From a virus (taxonomy: Duplodnaviria; Caudoviricetes): 62,354 bases of DNA. Numbering within the stretch: the stretch's first letter is position 1; every line of letters starts with the position of its first letter. The position numbers and the translations under genes were made by a program. The stretch spans positions 1 through 62,354 of IMG/VR virus record IMGVR_UViG_3300015158_000001; one strand, written 5' to 3'. The notes beneath the pieces were generated by a model. That model ran no database searches. It was not told the DNA's origin and was given only the letters and a program-made list of their open reading frames with translations. This document shows, piece by piece, positions 58,810-62,354 of this stretch.

Positions 58810-59096
58810 TCCGGCTTCTCCCAATGCCGGCAGGCGGGCGCGCTCGCCTTGATGTCGCTGCCCGGCCCGCGCGTCCAATGCGCCTCCATCAATGCGCACT
58901 TGCGGAACGTGTGGCCGCCATCGCTCTGCACGCGGACGATGTGCCTGCAGGATTTACAGGTCTCGCCCTGAGGACCGGAGCCCGGCTTCCACGCATAGCC
59001 GTTCGGCTGCCTATTCGAGCGGCCGGTGAGCTTGCGGCGCTCCTTCGGCGTGAGCGCGCGATCGGGGACGGCGAAGCCGAACAAATCTATCGCCAT
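58806..59096 (-). CDS. Cys-rich hypothetical protein
   Basis: GSGPQGETCKSCRH...KC...AC. Confidence 0.65.
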   Translation of the reverse strand: MAIDLFGFAVPDRALTPKERRKLTGRSNRQPNGYAWKPGSGPQGETCKSCRHIVRVQSDGGHTFRKCALMEAHWTRGPGSDIKASAPACRHWEKPE

Positions 59097-59308
59097 GGCA
59101 GCGCCCCGATCTTTTCCCGGATCGCCGCCTCGTTGTCGCGCACGAACCGCAGCGTGCGCAGCGCGCTTTCCATCCGCTCGATTTGCGCCTCCGACACGGC
59201 CTTGCTGATCTGGCCGGAGCGTACCTTGCCCGGATGCGTGACCTGCCGCAGGCTCAGCTCGCGCGTCACTTCGTCGATCTGCTGTGCGATAGGGGCGACG
59301 GCCATCAC
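59087..59308 (-). CDS. hypothetical protein
   Basis: QQIDEVTRELSLRQVTHP; GTGA overlap with the helicase stop. Confidence 0.6.
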   Translation of the reverse strand: MMAVAPIAQQIDEVTRELSLRQVTHPGKVRSGQISKAVSEAQIERMESALRTLRFVRDNEAAIREKIGALPWR

Positions 59309-60516
59309 ACCACCACCGTCAATCGCTCGGCCGCGCGGGTGACGCCGGTATAGAGCCAGCGCGCGCGATCGGGACCGAATGATGCGCTCTCGTTGAACAG
59401 CATCACGTTGTTCCACTGCGAGCCCTGCGACTTGTGCACGGTGAGCGCGTAGCCGAATGTGAACTGCTGGAATTTTCTCAGCTCCTCCCACTCAAGCTCG
59501 CTCTCGCGACCCTCGAAGAAGAACGGATGGACCTTCACTTCGATCTTGCGCGCGACCGCGCCCGCATCTTCCGGCCTGAGAACGAGGCGGACCGCCGCGG
59601 CGTTCGCCTTGCGGACCCTGTCGACGCGCCAGATGCCGCCGTTGAACAGGCCGCGCTGCCGATCGTTCTTGAGGCAGACGAGCTTTTCATCGACTTCGGG
59701 CGTCGGCTTGCGAATGTTCTTCATCACCCGGATTCGGCCGTTGTAGGTGACGCGCGTTTTGTTGAGGCCAACGAGCACCTGATCGGCGCGCAGCACCGCC
59801 ATCGGATCGTCCTTGAGTGCCGCGCGCTCGATGACGCGGCATGCACCGAAGTCGCCGAGCGGGATCGGCTTTCCGGCGCGGATGTCCATCGAAAGCCGGA
59901 TGATCGGGTTGTCGCGGGCCTGGCGGTGAACCTCGGTGAGCATCACGTCGGGCTCGCCGACGGTGAAGAAGCCGACGTCCTGGACGGGCGGGAGCTGCGC
60001 CGGATCGCCGAGCACCAGCACCTTCACGCCGAAGCTCAACAGATCCTGCGCGAGCTCGGCGCCGACCATCGAGCATTCGTCCACGATGAGCAGCGTCGCA
60101 TCGGCGAGCTTGCTGGCCTCATTGAGGATGAACTTCGGTGCGCCGGCGACGTCCTCATCGAGCGTGTAGATCAGGCTGTGGATCGTGCTCGCGTCGTGGC
60201 AGCCCTTCGATTGCATGACCAGCGCGGCCTTGCCGGTGAAGGCGGCGAACAGAACCTTGCCGGTAAATTCCTCCCCGCCGATCAGCTTCGCGATCTCGAT
60301 CGCGAGTGTCGTCTTGCCGGTGCCGGCATAGCCGAACACCTTGAACACCTGGCCCCCGCCCGCGGCCTTGAACCATTCCGACACGGACTTGAGCGCCGCT
60401 TCCTGCTGCGGCGACCATTCGAGCCTCGCGGGCGCCAAGCCGACCGGGACAGCGAGCGGCAGCGGCGCACCCAGGGGCGGCGTTTCGGGCAAGGTGCCGG
60501 CGAAAAGATCAGCCAT
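59305..60516 (-). CDS. RecD/Dda-like SF1B helicase
   Basis: GYAGTGKT, IVDECSMV, GDPAQLPPV, HRQA, YALTVHKSQGSQW, LYTGVTRA. Confidence 0.92.
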   Translation of the reverse strand: MADLFAGTLPETPPLGAPLPLAVPVGLAPARLEWSPQQEAALKSVSEWFKAAGGGQVFKVFGYAGTGKTTLAIEIAKLIGGEEFTGKVLFAAFTGKAALVMQSKGCHDASTIHSLIYTLDEDVAGAPKFILNEASKLADATLLIVDECSMVGAELAQDLLSFGVKVLVLGDPAQLPPVQDVGFFTVGEPDVMLTEVHRQARDNPIIRLSMDIRAGKPIPLGDFGACRVIERAALKDDPMAVLRADQVLVGLNKTRVTYNGRIRVMKNIRKPTPEVDEKLVCLKNDRQRGLFNGGIWRVDRVRKANAAAVRLVLRPEDAGAVARKIEVKVHPFFFEGRESELEWEELRKFQQFTFGYALTVHKSQGSQWNNVMLFNESASFGPDRARWLYTGVTRAAERLTVVV

Positions 60517-61528
60517 TCGGCCCTCCCGTCTCGCCCTCGGCCGGCGTCAACAGCAACCCGAGACTGCGGATCAGATTGGCGCTATCGGCGAAGCGCGCGT
60601 GGCCGAACCAGGCGGCGAGGAATTTTCGCAACCGTTCGTGATCGCCGTTAGCCCGATAGGCCGCGATCTTCCGCCGCGCGCGGATGACGCTGTCACGGCG
60701 CAGGAGCTTGTGGGTTTTCCAGATGCGATAGCCGAGGAAGTTGATGCCGCGGCGAGCGGGCGCGATCGACCATTTCGAGAATCGCAAGGACAGCTCGTCG
60801 CGCGAGAACGCCTCGATGCTCTCCTTCACGCGGCGCAGATGCTCGGACGAGTGGCTGAGCACCACGAGATCGTCCATGTAGCGAAACCAGTAATCCTCGC
60901 CCAGCGTCTGCTGCAGGTGACGGTCGAGCGTGGCGCCGGCATAGAGATTGGCGAAGATCTGGGATGTGAGGCTGCCGATCGGCAGGCCGATGCCATGGCG
61001 CGGCACCATGGCTTCGATCAGCCGCAGCGTGGCACGGCAGCTGATCTTCGCCTCGATCAGGCGCCATAGCGTCGCGCGCTCGATCGACGCGAAGTAGGCG
61101 GAAAAATCGGTCTTGAGGAAATAGACCGGTCCGGACCGGCCCAGCCGCCGCAGATCGCTTTGCAGCGCGATCGCGCCGGCATGCGTGCCCTTGCCGGGAC
61201 GGCAGGCGAAGCAGCGCGGCAACAATGCGCGATCGAAGATCGGCGCGATGACAAGGCAGAGCGCTTGCTGCGCGACGCGATCGCGGAACGGCAATGCCGA
61301 GATCAACCGGCGCTTGGGATCGTAGACGTAGAATTCGTTCGGGGTTCCCGGCTCATAGGCGCCGTTCGCCATGTCGTCGGCGAGATCGCCAAGATTGACG
61401 ACATCGTATTCCTTGAAGGTGAGAAAACCGGCCGTCAGGCGCTTGCCGCGCGATGTCAGGCGATAGGCCTTTTGCATCGTCGCCGGCGAGGTGATCTGGC
61501 CGATCAGATTTCGATAACGCTTACCCAT
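60509..61528 (-). CDS. brt: DGR reverse transcriptase (bRT-like), 339 aa
   Basis: MGKRYRNL start, FRDRVAQ, GLPIGSLTSQIFANLY, RYMDD, NFLGY. Confidence 0.97.
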   Translation of the reverse strand: MGKRYRNLIGQITSPATMQKAYRLTSRGKRLTAGFLTFKEYDVVNLGDLADDMANGAYEPGTPNEFYVYDPKRRLISALPFRDRVAQQALCLVIAPIFDRALLPRCFACRPGKGTHAGAIALQSDLRRLGRSGPVYFLKTDFSAYFASIERATLWRLIEAKISCRATLRLIEAMVPRHGIGLPIGSLTSQIFANLYAGATLDRHLQQTLGEDYWFRYMDDLVVLSHSSEHLRRVKESIEAFSRDELSLRFSKWSIAPARRGINFLGYRIWKTHKLLRRDSVIRARRKIAAYRANGDHERLRKFLAAWFGHARFADSANLIRSLGLLLTPAEGETGGPNG

Positions 61529-61729
61529 GACGCGCACCCGATACGCAACGGAAAAGAGGAAGCCGGCCGCGGGTCTCGACGGGATCGAGCGCGCGCCCGC
61601 CCCGCTACGCCCCGCTCTGCCGGACCGTGAAGTGTGTTCGCCGAAGCAGGACAGGCGGGCTGACCACCGACCTTGATCGAGCATGGTCGACCGGCGGGAC
61701 CGTAATCGCCGCCGAGCCATGAACCGGTC
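61529..61729 (-). ncRNA. DGR RNA spacer between TR and RT
   Basis: Position; contains GGTGGTCAGCC...CTGTCCTGCTTCGGCGAACAC, recalled as similar to the BPP-1 spacer (needs alignment). Confidence 0.6.
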
Positions 61730-61855
61730 GTCACTGCGGCCCCGCGCCCCGAGGTCGTCGTTGGAGTTGTCGGGCCAGTTGTACGCGACGTTCGCGTAGC
61801 GCGAGCCGGCGTTGCCGTCGTTCATCCAGGACCCGCCGAAGACGGAGGCGCGCGG
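61730..61855 (-). repeat. DGR template repeat (TR)
   Basis: 126-nt copy of the VR. It has 19 adenines in 13 codons (6 AAC) before a 16-nt G/C-only tract, then diverges from the VR (IMH*). Confidence 0.97.
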
Positions 61856-61857
61856 CA

Positions 61858-62256
61858 TCATTTCCCCGCTTGCCCTATCGGACGCGTTGGCGCGTCCGAA
61901 CGGGATCGCTCAAGCTTCTTCTGCCACGCGCCGAGCATCTTCCCCGCTTCGCCAAGAAGCGCGAGCGCCGTCTTGTGCTGCTGCGGGCCGATGATCCGGA
62001 AGGCGTAGAGGAAGCGCAGATAGGCCCGCAGGGTCGCGAACTCAGCATCGACGGCATGCAGCCGTGACACCTGCCGCGACCGCGCGGCGTGATAGAGGCC
62101 GCCGACCGGCTCGAACAGATCGTGCAACACGCGGTCGCGAAGAACGCCGTGTTTGCGCGGGCTCGTTTGCAGGATCGGATAGAGATAGTGCACGAAGGCC
62201 TCATACTTCTCGACGATAGCCAAGCCGTCTGTTGCGAGATTTTCGGTGGCGACCAT
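61858..62256 (-). CDS. avd: Accessory variability determinant
   Basis: LAIVEKYEAFVHYLYP...PRKHGVLRD...LRFL...EAGKMLGAW; lies between VR and TR. Confidence 0.92.
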   Translation of the reverse strand: MVATENLATDGLAIVEKYEAFVHYLYPILQTSPRKHGVLRDRVLHDLFEPVGGLYHAARSRQVSRLHAVDAEFATLRAYLRFLYAFRIIGPQQHKTALALLGEAGKMLGAWQKKLERSRSDAPTRPIGQAGK

Positions 62257-62271
62257 CGTCGCGGCTCAAGC

Positions 62272-62291
62272 GCCGTCGCTGCCGCGACGGC
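62272..62291 (-). promoter_or_regulatory. DGR target-recognition hairpin downstream of the VR
   Basis: Perfect 8-bp stem GCCGTCGC/GCGACGGC; minus-strand loop GGCA (GRNA type); starts at the target stop codon. Confidence 0.85.
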
Positions 62292-62354
62292 TAGACAAGC
62301 TGCAGGTGGTCACTGCGGCCCCGCGCCCCGAGGTCGTCGTGGGAGTTGTCGGGC
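62291..62354 (-). CDS. mtd: DGR target 3' end with VR 3' portion and IMH
   Basis: Encodes PDNSHDDLGARGRSDHLQLV*. 62309-62354 matches TR 61730-61775 with one mismatch (AAC>CAC). Confidence 0.95.
   Translation of the reverse strand, partial: PDNSHDDLGARGRSDHLQLV

Larger units (their letters stand above)
1..62354. mobile_element. Complete temperate siphovirus-like phage genome, circular excised form; the ends join inside the DGR variable region
   Basis: Immunity, replication, head, tail, lysis and integration modules are all present with no host housekeeping genes. attP is intact and internal. Both ends match adjacent parts of the TR. Confidence 0.93.

Noticed and set aside
60509-61861. RT as a retron or group II intron enzyme, or 450 aa as the default length
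   Set aside because: The avd gene, TR/VR pair and bRT-like N-terminus define a DGR. The extra 111 codons are TR plus spacer, so the start was set at 61528.

Overview
The window is an apparently complete, circular (excised) ~62.4 kb temperate siphophage genome of high GC, probably from an alphaproteobacterial (Hyphomicrobiales-like) host. It has a lambdoid layout: a cI/cro switch with twin TTGACA-N16-TACTCT promoters carrying GTACAA-N5-TTGTAC operators; a rightward arm with GapR, replication, terminase, portal-MuF fusion, capsid, fibre, GTA-like tail-tip and lysis genes; and a long leftward early operon ending in xis-int and an intact attP (3' part of tRNA-Cys). The main finding is a complete Bordetella BPP-1-type diversity-generating retroelement (target/VR, hairpin, avd, TR, RT) that spans the two contig ends. 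All 5 visible TR/VR mismatches are at TR adenines, and the contig breaks inside the VR with 7 nt missing. Unusually, the DGR sits inside the repressor-controlled early recombination operon, on the opposite strand from and far from all tail genes. Its Mtd-like target appears to lack the N-terminal beta-prism domain, suggesting a diversified ligand-binding protein that may not be a virion component. Other signals are a dispersed palindrome (GTCACGCGTGAC) with an origin-like cluster, three GGGA hairpins upstream of the capsid gene, a small domain shared by TerL and two head-region proteins, a gene split at an A7 run, and several morons. Family assignments come from motif recognition and memory, not database searches.
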